This document shows, piece by piece, positions 40,517 through 54,144 of a stretch of DNA of 64,000 nucleotides (within the stretch, counting starts at the first letter, position 1; each line of letters opens with the position of its first letter). The notes below the pieces were generated by a model. That model ran no database searches. It was not told the origin of the DNA and worked only from the letters and a program-made list of their open reading frames with translations. Made by a program: the position numbers and the translations under genes. This stretch comes from Hydrolagus colliei (Eukaryota): the NCBI GenBank assembly GCA_035084275.1, contig CM068755.1, positions 12,462,001-12,526,000 of the forward strand, given 5' to 3'.

Positions 40517-42449
40517 CTGCAAGACAGCAACATCACTTAACACACTCACATAAAAGAAACAAAATGGGTGTGAAAGCAAGACTACTTAAAATAGTCGTGG
40601 CTCCTTGTTGCTGACTATAGGACAAGCGAGAATCATGGATCTCAATAAGCTGGGATGCTTAATATCTTGGCACTTATTACCCACTGAGTTGATCTCACTT
40701 TGAGGAGCTTCATATATTGTTCTGTGAGTCCTTGAGTTAGTTAAACTAATCTGCACACTATGGGAAGCTACTTCAGAAGGCACCTACTACTGGATCATGA
40801 AAGCAATAACTTGGGCAGGTCAGAAGATAAATTGGTGTTGTGCTCTTCTAAGAACACACCAGATTAAACCACACACTCACATGTAGTTGAAGTATCAGCC
40901 ATCAAAGCCATCCAAAAGAGTTAAAATGCCTCACCTATAAGAGAGCTCTCTCCAACTTCATTTGTAGGTTATGTTGATCAAGTGAGAGTCAGCGTGAATT
41001 GTTGACAATATTACAACTTGCAGAAAACTCTGTAATGTTATCACTGAGGTATTGTATACCAGCAAGTTGCAAAATTATCTTTCATCTTGGATATTATGTT
41101 CATGATGGAGGAATCTATAGACCAAATGGGTTAAGTTTAGGACTATGCTCAAGATGCTTAGGTCAAACTCTAGAGCAGCAATCATTAGTGGAGGTATTAG
41201 CTTTAATTCCTTTCCTCTGAACAGAGTAAGTAAGCGAACTATTCCTACTGCTGGGTCCAATTCTCCAGGCAATATAGTCTGTGGCTGCCAAGATCGGGCA
41301 GAATTAAAGCTTTAAAAGGATTGAGGATTGGGACCAAGGAATATTATCTCCCTTTACACAAACCAAATGGTGTACATGACAGATTTAACTAACTGTATCC
41401 CACATTGTGTAAAGTTTACAATTAAGGAGCTGAGTGCATCTCCAGACATCAAATCAGCACCGTAATACTGTTGTTAGTTTCCCAGGGTTGTTATACCTTC
41501 AATGTTGCTTTGAAATTGTAGGAACTTAAATAAGTGAGCACAATTATTCATAGAATCACAAGGAGATGAGAGAGCGTTCTGGAGATGGCATGCTCTGTAC
41601 TATTCCTTCAGGAACTATTGAATAGTTGAAATGATAACCGTACTCAAGAATTCACATTTCTCAATTTGATCATTTCAATTTTGGGGGGAAAATACAGTTT
41701 GCTATATTGTGGAGTAGGTAGATGGAGATGACTGAACAAGGGCGAATTAGTGTCCTTCAATTTATCTGAATAAATTCACCCTGATAATTCAGATAGACAA
41801 ACAATCTATATTCCTTGCATTTATAGGGATGGGTAAAGCAAAAATGCTCCGTTCCTTTTTCCGAAGTTGAGAGGATTGGACGAGGTGAGTGGCCTTCAAT
41901 CCCAAACCTATTCTTAGGGCTTGGTTTTAATCACATTAACAGAATATGTGATCACCGTAACTGGCAACAGTATTCACCAGTGATCATTATCACATTACAT
42001 CACATTTTCTCTCTGTTATATTTGTCTCCAGACAAATAAATATAAATTCCTGTCTTATCAATACAGCTTGTTATGCATTCAGATCACTTTCTGCTGTGAT
42101 GTAACATACCATACAAAAAGATTGCTTTGAGACATGCACTAGTCCATGCTACAGTCTAATACCTTTCACTTACCATGGTAAACTTTACTCTGGATTGTGC
42201 ATTAATGCCAGCAAAATTGCACACCATCATGAGGCAATTTCTAAACTGCTTCACATCAAAATGAAATGATAGCAAATTATTTCAACATGTTTGACTGCTT
42301 GTTTGCTCATTTCATTAAAGCATCAGTGATGCTTCAGTGAGAAACTAATTGTTTACTTGGAACAAGACCCTTGTGTTTCTGTGCTTTCTGCTCCTATATT
42401 ATATCTTATGTGTATATTATCGCTGAATAGTTAACACTTCAAACGCAAA

Positions 42450-42670
42450 ACCGTTTCAGTGCCAGGTATAAATAAGGGGAGCTAATTGCTAAATGTATCA
42501 TTAATTACATGACACAACCTTGGTAAACTTTAATAGCTGCTGAAACTTCAAACAGCTGCAACTCCAGGTTGAACAGATCACAGTCAAGCTGATCAATTAA
42601 TCTTTTGCATGCTTATCAAAATGGAATTAAAACAGTTTTATTTTGAGGCATGGCCCTTAATGAGGTTGGA
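42450..42670. promoter_or_regulatory. Candidate homeodomain-site-rich enhancer
   Basis: gctaattg, cattaattac, caattaatc, ggaattaa and cttaatga clustered in TE-free sequence; inference. Confidence 0.3.
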
Positions 42671-42857
42671 TTTGATATTGATAGAAATTTTTCTACAGCC
42701 TGAATTTTAAAATATTTACCAACAAATCTAGAAGATGGGAAGGTATTTGGATCACACTTGAAGATTAGCACCACAATTGTACTCTTTGTAGTAAATCCTT
42801 CTGAGGTGAATTAATTGCTTTCAGACATAATCCCTTCCAAGAAAATGAAAAATTAAC

Positions 42858-43059
42858 ACACACCTCTCTTTACTTAGCAGTAAGCGGGAACCTGGTTGTT
42901 AGTCGTTTGGCAGGTCACTTTCTGAGTGGTAATAATCCCTTCAAATTTGTTTGCTCCCAAAACACATAGTCACTTCACTTGGCAGTATATCTTGTGAAGT
43001 GGGTTGAGGCGTCTGAACGACGTGATAAAGCGCTGTATCAAATGCAAGGATTATTATTA
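42858..43059 (+). mobile_element. SINE long variant, truncated and internally deleted
   Basis: cacacctctctttacttagcagtaagcgggaacc...gacgtgataaagcgctgtatcaaatgcaaggattatt. Confidence 0.8.
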
Positions 43060-43602
43060 GTATAGCACTAAATGATCATTTGCATTTGATAGCCTCATCA
43101 AACAGGAGCAACAACTACATTTATAAAGTAATGAGAGTCGTGTCTTGGAGTGCTTGGCTCCTTCAAGGAAGAAAGTGATCTATCTGGCTCATGTTTGTTT
43201 CCTTAAAATAAAGTTTCAGTTGCTTGTTTACTAATTAATTCCCTTCTCAATAATAAATTTTATTTAGAGTATAACTTTTCAGCTGTACATAAATGACACT
43301 TCATGTCATTGCTATAATGCCAGTGCTGCCTTTATGCTAGTCGAAAAAAACCTCAGTATTATTTGAGAAAACTGAAGGTCAGACACTGGGGTATATACTC
43401 TTTGTCTCCTGTGCTGATTAGTTTATGTTAGGAGTCGCACTGAGGGTGCATGGAAAGTGAATATGATTACTCATCCTCTTCATGCATTGGTAAACCTGAC
43501 TGATGAACTTCTGAAAAGCTTTTGTCTTCCATATTATCACATTTTAAATTCTTGAAAATAATTTCTGCAATTAGATTTATAATAATAAATAATCGTACTG
43601 TA

Positions 43603-43985
43603 CTGTAATCTTTTGATATAATGTGTTTCATATTGGTAGGACATCTTAAATCGCTTCACAGAATATCCTGTCAAATGTAGAAACTGTTTTTGAGGGCAAA
43701 TGGAACAGCTAATTTGCACTCAGCAACGGCCAATGAGCAGCCATAGGGAATGACTGAATCACCATCTTTTTTTAGCAGACTGTTGGCCTGGAAGAAATTC
43801 TCTTCTCTTTTCAAATTGTGTTAGGAGACCTTTTACGTCCAACTGAATGGGCAAACAGAACCTCAGTTTAATGTCTCATCCGAAGGATGGCACCTCCAAC
43901 AATATGGTGCTCTCCCGGCATTACATTGGCATGTCAGCCTGGACGATATGAGTTAAAAGTCCAGACATGGGGTTTGAAACCCCAA
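43603..43985 (-). mobile_element. Near full-length Deu-domain SINE
   Basis: tttacgtccaactgaa...cctcagtttaatgtctcatccgaaggatggcacctcc...gtcagcctgg...ggggtttgaaacccc. Confidence 0.8.
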
Positions 43986-44044
43986 ATGTTGCTGGCATGT
44001 TCACAAACAAAAGGTTTTCATAATAAATAATTTAATTTAATAAT

Positions 44045-44228
44045 AATAAATTGGTCATTTCAATCCACAACTGTTTGTGGGACATTGGTGTGCGCAATTG
44101 CCTGCCGCGTTTCACCAACATTTATACAGTCAATTCACTTTACAGTATATTCTGTGAAGCACTTTGAGATGTCTATATAAAAGACGTGAAACGCGCTATG
44201 TCAAATGCAAGGATTATTATTATTATTT
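44045..44228 (+). mobile_element. SINE 3' half
   Basis: gtttgtgggacattggtgtgcgcaattgcctgccgcgtttc...aaatgcaaggattattattatt. Confidence 0.9.
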
Positions 44229-45185
44229 TCAAGTTTCTGAATAAATTACCATGAACTTCTGGTTCCATGCCCTTATTGAGAAATTCAGCCATTAGCCCAT
44301 TGGCAACTTACCATCTCACTGAAGAATCTGTATGCATCTTATGATCTATACTGGGATGTTGAGTTTACACAGCCTGGACTGACAGGCCAGGGCAACAGTG
44401 AGTCACCTAATGTAAAAATGTAATTCAGATATTTTGGCAAGGTATTCAGATGCTCTGGCAACAATGTGTGCTGCTATGAAACATCTGTGGTGTGATAGTC
44501 TTTGACAAGGCAGTGGAAATTCAATTTTAAAAATTGCTGATTCAGTAAATTCATGCTTAATGTTCAGCCTTTGTAACTTGTGATCTCACAAAATAGATGA
44601 CGGCCTCTGAAAGTGACTTATGTCTTGAATACATTACAGAATTCTACCCATAACAGGTAAAATATTCATAAAGAGAAACCAAGTTGCTCGCTGTACAGAA
44701 CCAGACACTGATTATGCTTTTAAGCGGAATTAGGCTGTCCAAATGGAGTATGTCTTTAACGTAAGCTCCTTTGTACCCTTTAAGTTCTGGCAGATCTACA
44801 GAGAATTCTATCTCTGTGTGCTGACTGGTTGCACTTGACTTGTTACTAAGTTACATTAAGGAGAAAAGAAACTGTTAATATTCAAGTTGATCGTGGTGAA
44901 GCGGAGACAAAGCCTGCTTTGAAAGAATGAGCTACGATTTAAAAAAAGTAGTCATTCATCTGGAGTAAGTTCACATCAGATTGACTGACATCTGCCCTCT
45001 TTGATGCAGGTAGAATCCATGTTCAGAACTAGCTGAGATTTGAAGAACAGAGGGAAAGACAATGCACACAAATACCAGTGAACACCATGCTAAGCTTCTG
45101 CATTAAGAGAAAGGTATGATTATTGTTAAGAGATCTTGAATTGTACAAGCATCCAGTAAGCCAAGTACTGTACATCAGCATTATA

Positions 45186-45568
45186 CAGTAAAAGCTTTGT
45201 TATCCTGCACCCACGGAACCTGACCGTTGCCGGTTAATTAAATATGCCGGATATTCGAGCGGCAAGTTGCCAAAAATCCTACACAAAAAATTTAATTATT
45301 TTAAAACACACCATATTAATAATAGACTAAATAATAACAGAATATTGTATGGATACTTACCAATAAAGCATTCCAGCACACTCGGTAAAATGATCGGTAA
45401 AAAAGCATTCCAGCGTTCGGTAAGTTTAATAATTGCACATGCGCAAAGCGAGCATACCGTGAGTGTCCCGGATGGCTACGGTATGAGATCCATTTGTTGG
45501 AATGGTGAATTGTATCGGTTGGTTGATCATTCTGGTTGGTTGGGTGCCGGATAACCAAGCTTTTACTG
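45186..45568. mobile_element. Non-autonomous pogo/Tigger-like (Tc1/mariner) MITE
   Basis: 28-bp TIRs CAGTAAAAGCTT(T/G)GTTATCC(T/G)GCACCCA with 2 mismatches; TA on both flanks (45184-85, 45569-70); CpG-rich interior. Confidence 0.9.
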
Positions 45569-47296
45569 TACTGTGATATTAGCAATAATGTAAGCCCAAT
45601 GTAGCAGTATTATATCTTGAGCCTAGTATATCACCCAGTGCAATACTGTGAACCTAGTATGCTATAACCCTAGCACAGCAGCATTAGATCATAAGGTCAG
45701 TAGCATCAGAATTATCCAGTGTCAATAGATGATGAATAATGTACATTTTGGATGCTGGGATAGTTAAATTGACACCCTTTTAATTTGAAGTTACAAAACA
45801 TTGTGCCCTGGCCAACTAGGTGCCAGATTGGTCATTCACCTCACGACTATTTGTGATACTTTGCACGAGTGAATAATTGCAACGTTGGCAGCGACATAAA
45901 CAGTCACTACAATTGGCTTTAATTACTTACGATTGATTTGTTTGCATTTTAATGTGCTAAAAAGAGCAAGTTAAAAAAAGCCAGATGTAGCAATAGTTGT
46001 TCAGCTACATACACGGTTGCCAAAATCCCATGGAGGCAAATAACCCCACATGGCTTTAGCTCTGGAAATTATCACATAATTTCTTTGTATCTGTTTTGTC
46101 TTGCACAGATTATACAATTCAAAATTTATCTTTTCCCCCCCACTGAATTACTTTTATCCTTTCATCTGAGTATTGGATCAGTTTTCTGAATACACCATCT
46201 TTCCTCCTAAGTTTCCCAATTGTAACTCGGAAGCCACTCAACAAATCTCTGTAGCTTTTGTAATGTTAAATCAATGTCTCTCGGTAGTTTTTACCTGAAG
46301 GTACCTTATCTTATCCTGTAAACGATCCTGTCCCTGATTAAACTAACACACAATTCTTCAGACACGAATGATTCCGACAAATGTTATAGGTCTATCATGT
46401 ATTGGTCAATGCTTTCATTTTAATCCTTGGACCGTAGTATTTAACTTGAGTTTCTCGTATGTTCTTACATGGCTTACAATAGGGTTCGGAACATCCATAG
46501 ACCACATCAAGATTACCTTTTTGTTCCTCGATAAGTATTTATTGTAAACTCTAAAGCATCACCTCCAATGGCATATAGGAGCACGAAACATTGCATTTGT
46601 TCAGTTTTCTTATCAACTCCAATAGCAGTCAGGTACAAATGCAGTCATTGCTTCCTCCTTTACCAATTTTTGCTTAAAATCCTTTCCATGCTCAAAGGAT
46701 CAAATGGTTTCAACTACTCCATTGTTAGCTTGTGGGTTCTTAATATTTCTCTGTAAACACCTACATATGAAAACATACCCGATCTTACCCCACATTTTCT
46801 AAGTGGTAAAAAAAAGTAATCTTAATCATCAATCTTGTGCTTCAATTATTGGTTTTGCTGTGTGGGTCTGATTTCTTTTTTCACTTTTTTTTTCTTTTCT
46901 GTCTCCCTCTGTTATCTGAGCCACTGGAGGGAATTCTATAATTTTAAAAACAAAGTATGTATTGCTTTCGATAAGCAATCCACATTATGACACATTTCCA
47001 AATGAGACAAGTATAACCCATTACCTATTAGTTCTGATGAAGGCTAGTGTTTCAATATAGTACATCATTTTCTTTCAAACATTATTGATTTCCTTTTAAT
47101 CTCCACTACCCGATGGATTGTTCCTCAAAGTAAAATTTGGAAAACATTTGATAGATATAATATTAGTAGTCTTTCTTTGCTTAATTAATAAAAAATTGTT
47201 TCGAATTTGAGCTTGTCCCTTTGTTCGCCAGCTAGCCATTATCAAGTCATTCTGATGAAATGATACAGCTAGTATTGTCTGCCTGCTGAGGTAGTT

Positions 47297-47495
47297 GTTA
47301 AAGATCCCATGACAATATTAGAAAGGTATTTTCAATTCATGGCTCTTTGTGGGCCATTGCTATGCTATGGACAAACTGGCTGCCAGGTTTTCCTGCAAAT
47401 ACAGTTACTACACTCAAAAGGTAAATCGTGTGAAGCACTTGTGACATTTTGATGATGTGATTAGAAACTATCAAGTGGAAGGATTATTATTATTT
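47297..47495 (+). mobile_element. Deu-SINE 3' part, degraded
   Basis: gttaaagatcccatgacaatatt...ttgtgggccattgct...gtgaagcacttgtgacat...aggattattatt. Confidence 0.7.
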
Positions 47496-48461
47496 TTATT
47501 AATTGGCTAAGACTTGCTTCAAGCATTGCGATTTTATTTAATCAGAGTGTCAATAGCAATGTAAAACATTACAAATAAGGTAAGCCAATTATTAACTTTG
47601 TGCATGAGAGGTTGAAGAGTAAGTTTAAAAGACTGTTTTATCATTATATATGTTCTTACGTTTTACCCCTATGGATAAAACCTTTGTCTATCAAATTGCT
47701 TCCAATCAAACCGAAGATAAAATAAAACTATATAACATATATATGTTATATGATGATATAACAGACATTAATTTTGAAAATATTAATACCTGGACCAAGT
47801 ACAAAATCTGAATTTGACTTGAATTCATAATGTACATTATTGCAGGAATGAAACATTGGGGGGAGTTTTTCTTCACAGACACAAAATCTGTACAGAAATG
47901 CATATTGCAGTTATAGCCTGGGAATTGTAGTTATAGCCTCTGGTGATGTGCTGCTCAGGAGAGATAGTGAAACTGAGCATCATAATATTTGGTGCATTGG
48001 TGTGTATTCTTGAATGTGTCTGCTTGTTCTCATCTTGGTAATATCAAAGGTGAATGCCTCCCAGTTATCAGTCCAAGCTGTATTGGAACAACTTCAGCAT
48101 AAATTGTGCAGATACCTGTCTGACCACCAATATTAGTCATTGCGCAATGACATGATGAGTGGTCATTTAGTCCATCAATACTATTCCTTCCACATCCCAT
48201 GCAAAGATCTTATACTTTCTAATGCCATATTATTCCAGTTTTGCTGATACAAGCTTACAACCCTCAGTTCCTCTTCTCAATCTATCTTGAAAGATGTCTT
48301 GAAAGATATCAATTGCAAGAAAGAGCAATACGATAACCTTGGATTTGCATCGCCACTTGGAATTTCAGTGATACCTTTTAGCAGAATGTATATGTGGCAG
48401 TCAGCACCAGAGGACTACATGGGTGCTGGTTGTGACATACCCCATTGTCACGTAAACTTCT

Positions 48462-48550
48462 GGTACAGTAATATCCTTCAATGTGCTTTGAGACATTTTG
48501 ACGATAGGATAATACCTTATACCAAATGCAAGGACAATTATGTTATTATT
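48462..48550 (+). mobile_element. SINE 3' tail
   Basis: gtgctttgagacatttt...ccaaatgcaaggacaattatgttatt. Confidence 0.6.
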
Positions 48551-48628
48551 GACGTAGGCTTGCACATGAAAGATGGCATCTTGGGCTTAATACCACAGTC
48601 TTGTCAGTGAATGGAACCACACCCCAGC

Positions 48629-49709
48629 ATGAGTCAACGCCTTCAGCAGAAGAGAAACATGTTTGTTTTTTAAAGTGGGGGTGTGGGGGTGAAGAAGCTA
48701 CACTCAAACCCAATTTGAATTGAAGTTGCCTGGTTTGGATGGATTGGGAATTTTAATTTCATCTTTACCCTCCTTCAGATCATTTGTACCTATGGATGGC
48801 ACATCCGTTTCTTCAGTTTACATACAGAAGCAGCTGTTGCAAGAGATAATAACAGTGGAAGTCTCCCATGGATCATTTCAGATACCTGGAATCTATAGGA
48901 ACTAAATCAGAATCCAAATCCAAATTTATAATTTGATTGAAGTGACTTTCGTCATCCCATGCTAAATTGAACTCATTGTCAATTTCAAAATTGGCTTTGA
49001 ATGGTTGTCTACAGTAACAGGATCATTGCAAAATAAAGTAGTCACCGTTGATATCAGTTTCCAGATAGATTGTAAAACTCTAAACAGCTTTTTAAAATTA
49101 AATGGGATTTATGCTCTTTCAAATCTCCACAATTGCTGCTTCAACTACAAGCTAAATAGTTTCTGCTTCAGGGAATTCAATATCCTCCTTAAGATCAAGG
49201 CTTAGTTTCTATGAAATCACAGCCAGATAACAATTACAGGTGGAAAAAAAACTGCTTTGGTTTATTGTGCAATGTAAATGCTACTCAAAGTTTAGCACTG
49301 CAATCCATACAATGCAATCATAACTGGCAAAAGTAAGACTGTATCTCTTGGAATCAAACTGCGTCAGACTCCTATGATCAGTCAACCAGCAATGCTCAGT
49401 CAATTCATGCTAATTTGTCTGCTAAAGTCTCCCTACGGCAGCTTGAAACAGAGCACTCCTTTGCTGGCACCAGGAGGAAAAAGGAACAATGGTGGCTTAG
49501 AGTGTTGGGGGAGGGTACCACAGTGCACCAAACGTCCTTTTTGCAGCAATTAAAATGCCATGGATTTGTTAAAGGAGCTGCCCTGTGCATCTGATGCTCG
49601 CTCAGGCTTCATTTAAAAGAAAAGAAAATCTCCAGACTCTTACTTAAAACGTATTCAATTTATCACCTGTCTGCAACATGTTTCTCTTCTCCTGAAGGCG
49701 TTGACTCAT
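48629..49709. repeat. 35-bp inverted repeat pair (48629-48663 / 49675-49709)
   Basis: atgagtcaacgccttcag(c/g)agaagagaaacatgtt, 34/35 complementary. Confidence 0.9.
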
Positions 49710-50797
49710 ACCTCTGGTGGTGGCGTGCCTTCATTTTTATGGATGATAGATATAAAATTGAAGATATTTGCAGTAACTTTGTTCGTGACCATTTTCGGTG
49801 GCATTTTCCCATAAGAAATCAGCATCAAAGTGGCTCGGCACAGCAGCAAGAATAATTTCAGAGCATTTAATTTCTCGTAGCAACTATACTGTAAGATGGG
49901 GGAAGAACTCCCTATTCAGAAAAACAGGGAGCGTTTCTCTTGATCTAACTATGTTTGGTGCTCAATATGAGGTTTTGTTTAAATGGGCAAACATTTTAAT
50001 TCTAACGCAGATCTTCTTCACCTTGCATACAACTTCTTCACGCAACTCACCCACCACCTCCTTCCAACACCCACAACTTTTTTTAAACAAACATCACAGC
50101 TTTGCTTGCCAAAGGCCTGAGATCAGCAACATCCAGGTGTAAGTGTGTGTTAAGATCATCCATTATTCAGACAAGCACACTTTACTAACAGAACATATAG
50201 AGGAAAAACCCCATCAATACTTGTATGGTAAGCAACAATTTCTTTAAGGAACTGTAGACAGAATGGCAGCGTTGACTTGTGAGTGCAAAAGAAGATGGAT
50301 TCAATTGAATTGTTATTTTTTTGTTGGCTGTGGTGAAATAAGAGAATGGCAGAGTTGTGAGATCAGCTTTGCATTTGCACAACAGTAAAACGGAGTGTAT
50401 CTTCTGTGGAGCACATTGGCTGAGGAAACCTATTTTCTTTTGTAATTTTATCACTGTGACCAGTCTTGGTGCTAAAGCAGTTTCCTATATATTATTATCT
50501 CCTCAACTTAATCCAACAGTAACTTTATATAAAATTTATTCTTATTGTCATTACAAATCAGAGCAATATTCCCACCCAGAGACAACTCATTTCAATAAAA
50601 GCTTTTATGAGCATTGTCAGATTGCCTTGCAAACCTGGTCTGCACTGTGGATTTGTTTGCAGTGCTCCTTCTCCCTGTCTAACAAAGCAAGAAAAATAGG
50701 TTACAGATATTTCCTTCTTCGCTAGTAACCATTGTAAAACTGGGATACAATCAAGCTGCGGGGAGAAGGAATTTCTGTATAGAGGAAATCTGAAGAA

Positions 50798-51040
50798 AAG
50801 GTTGTATGTTCATATCTTTGTCTGTGCTGAGTTAGCTTATACAATACAATACAAAATTACATTTGTATAGCTCCTTTCACATCGGGAGGACATCCTAAGG
50901 TGCTGGAGAGTCAGGGATTTGGACCCCTTATCTCATCTAGAACAGTAGTAGAAGTGTTACAATTGGCCTCAGCACCCATGCGATATGGAGAGAAAATTAG
51001 GCACCATTCCTCCTCTGGATCACTAACCAGGAAGCACTGT
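50798..51040 (+). mobile_element. Old third-family SINE interrupted by an L2 tail
   Basis: tctgtgctgagttagctta [insert] tctcatc...gttacaattggcctcagcaccc, colinear with the 38445-38766 copy. Confidence 0.6.
50841..50926 (-). mobile_element. L2 3' tail insertion with apparent 5-bp TSD
   Basis: (ACAAT)n aaaattacatttgtatagctcctttcacatcgggaggacatcctaaggtgct, flanked by cttat at 50836-40 and 50927-31. Confidence 0.8.
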
Positions 51041-54000
51041 TCTGGATAAAGATCTGGAGCATTGTTATTGTGTAACTGGTGGAGGAGATCCTGTTTGTCT
51101 AGCCAGAATTTCCAGTGAAGTGCAATTACAATGCCAATACGAACATTGTAATTGTTTGAATCCAGCGATGCAGAAGAGAGCAAATAAGTTATCTTCTGCT
51201 CACAGGATTCAAACAATTTGAGACAACGTTAATAACACTGGCTACTATGAAGGCCAGCAAGGCTGCTCAGTGTGGCATTGGCATACACTAGGAGAGTTGG
51301 GAGGCTAAACGCAGGTCACAGAAAATTTGGGTCCATGGATTTTTAATAAAAAAATTGTGTGTCTGGCCTGGTCCTGTTGGTTAGAATTCCTGAGTACAGT
51401 AAGCCAGTCGTATACCATTGTTGGCTGAGCCAGTATCTCAATGTACATGGATCACTTTCCTTTCTCCATAGATGCTGCATGGTTTATTGACTTCCAGGTT
51501 GTCAGGTTACATTGGGCATTTTGCGAAGGCAGTGCCTTAAGCACGTTAACTTTAGTGGACTTTGGATGAGGGCAGGACTAGACTCAGTTGCGTTACTTAC
51601 CACAATGGGTGTCACACTCATTCTGAAGGCTCTCACATTAATGTAGATCCCTTCGCAAAGGTGCCCTAGAACTTTATCCCAAGCAAGGAGGAGGGTAGAA
51701 CGGGAGAGAATTGGAGAGCAACAAAATATTTTATTCAACCAATTGAAAAAATAGTTTGAATAATCCAATGCAATGAACTGCAATAGCGCACACTGATTTT
51801 ACTCAGTAATTCTTGACAATAGGTAACCTTACAAAATATATTAAAAAGAGGCATTGTTGGCCATATCACAGCTCACCACATGTGTACCTAAATAAAGCCT
51901 GACCATAATTGGTTTTAATATTAGGAATACAAGCAGTTCTCATAATACCACCTCTGCTTGAATGTGCATGAACATCTGCTGGTGAGTGAAATTACCCATT
52001 AAATAATGTGGAGCTGTTCCTGTTGTGCATTAATATATCAATGCACCTAAACGTTCACTTCTTCTATGTAGGAGGCAAATTATTTAATTAAATAAAAGTT
52101 TACTTGCCAGATGTTCCTGAGCCATAATTTCAACAGTATGTTTGTCCTGTAGTACTTCAAAATCCTCTGTTAAAATGTGCTAACTCTTCTTGACACTTTT
52201 GCAAACCTCAGTCTTCACTGGAACCCAGTTACCAAATTAATGGTAGCTAAAACTGTAGCTAGTCTGTATTCTGTCAAATAAACAATGATACAGAGTGAAC
52301 TAGAGATGGAGAATATACCCACCACTGGCAAATAAGATGGATTCATCCACCAAGGTCAGAAAATTACCAATGAACAGAGAATCAATCTAAAAAGTCTTTA
52401 GTTGATTTTACTTCCAACGTGGTGTTCTTTGGTTTCACATTCGCTATGATTCATTTTCTGTTTGCTTATCCAACTTCCCAAATGCACCCATAAACAGTAT
52501 AATTTAATTAAATGGCTGACAATATATTTTGTGTACTTAAACATCAAAGATTAAAATAATTTGTATCATCAACCAATTGCAAATAATTGTGTGACCAAAT
52601 CTTTGAATTATTTCATCTTTTTAGTCTACTCTCAATAATAAAATAAAGTATGCCATTGTATTGGTCTTTAGGTATCCTGAAAAGCATTTTTGAGTCTATA
52701 ATACTGTGGGAACACTTCATATTTTATATTGTAGTAGGAACAAATTTTAGTAGGCATCAACTGAAGGTGATATTTTTGATGAACATGTGGTAATGGCTTC
52801 ACAATTGCCTGAACTCTTGCGTGAACATTAATATTGCATCAAGCATATGGAGTGCTCTGGCAAAATGTGTCCGCATTGGATGCCACTGTGGACAGAACCT
52901 AACCCAAAACAGAATAAAATCCGGACATAAAATCAAAACAACATACATTATAGAACAGATACCAGGCAGTTATTCAAAGCTGTAAGCACGTTTAAGGGTT
53001 CAGATAACCGTTCTAAACTGCTTGAACTTTGCTCTCAATTTATGTTGTCACCTGAACCCTTGAGTTAGATTACTGCTTTGCAATTACTTCCAGGTATCCA
53101 TTACTCCATATGTAATGTATTCCATGTGTTGATAATCCCAAGAACCATAATACTGCTGTATACGATCTTCTGCTGCATAATCTGTAAATCAGAACTTTTA
53201 AGCCCAAATATTATAACTAGTATTAAACAACCATAACCTCAGAAAACTTCTTGTCCAACCATGGGGTTTAGTTAAAGTTTGGAGTCTTCATGCTTCAATC
53301 TAACGGTTTATGACTATCTATATCCTGCATTTAAATTACAGTTTTGCATGACACTATTTGTTATCTATTGTTATATCAAGTTGATTGTTCTTCTTGCTTT
53401 ATTGTTGCATTTTCATCTATAATTAATACAACACACGTAAATAATACTCATGCCACCTCAGTGGACATTGATTATCTGTCCAGCATTATATATACTACAT
53501 CCCATAATTTGTAAAAATGTATTTCCTGTTGCGGAAGCACAACTGTTCAGGGCAGATATTTGGGTTCTTCCTGACCCTTCCTCGTGAAATTTAACAACGG
53601 AAGGTTGCATTAAATTGGTTATACCCTTCAGGTTTTCTCGCTCGGCTCCCTATAAATAAAGTGAGTGGATGATGTTGCCTTTCTGTTTTTGGTACTTCAG
53701 GACAAATCAAGCTGAGCCAGACAACTTCACCTTCTGCTTAACATGATGGATAATTAGGAAGGTGTACAACCTGTTGGGCTGCTCTTTCCTGATCTTCTCC
53801 ACATCCCTCTGCTTCCCCTGTGGAAAAATGCACTTATACTGATTAGTTTTCCATCTAATGAGAAAACTGAGAACTGCTTTCATCCACACTATAAAGGATG
53901 TCAATACAGGAGGTCTGATTCATTCATTCACCTATTATTTTTTGCTGGAATCCTGGGCACTGAGAAGCCTACAGTTAAAAGTCATGGTCCTGTGGTCTAT

Positions 54001-54144
54001 TTGCAAATAGCTTCCCTGGTTGCGCTCTTTCAAGCTGTCATGTATTTTAGACGAATACGAAAGTAGTTGCACATTTGCTTCCTAAATTAAACTAGTTCAC
54101 AAATTATATGGAGGGTCAACAATTATTCTTGATATGTAAGTGTT

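Noticed and set aside
42173-42240. Possible minus-strand exon ending ATG|gtaagt
   Set aside because: Weak acceptor, phase 0 end and an unrecognisable peptide
51601-51665. Possible minus-strand exon ending GTG|gtaagt
   Set aside because: The acceptor is separated from the pyrimidine tract, the phase is incompatible and there is no homology cue
53770-53818. Purine-rich candidate minus-strand mini-exon
   Set aside because: Good acceptor but weak donor; cannot be supported without RNA data
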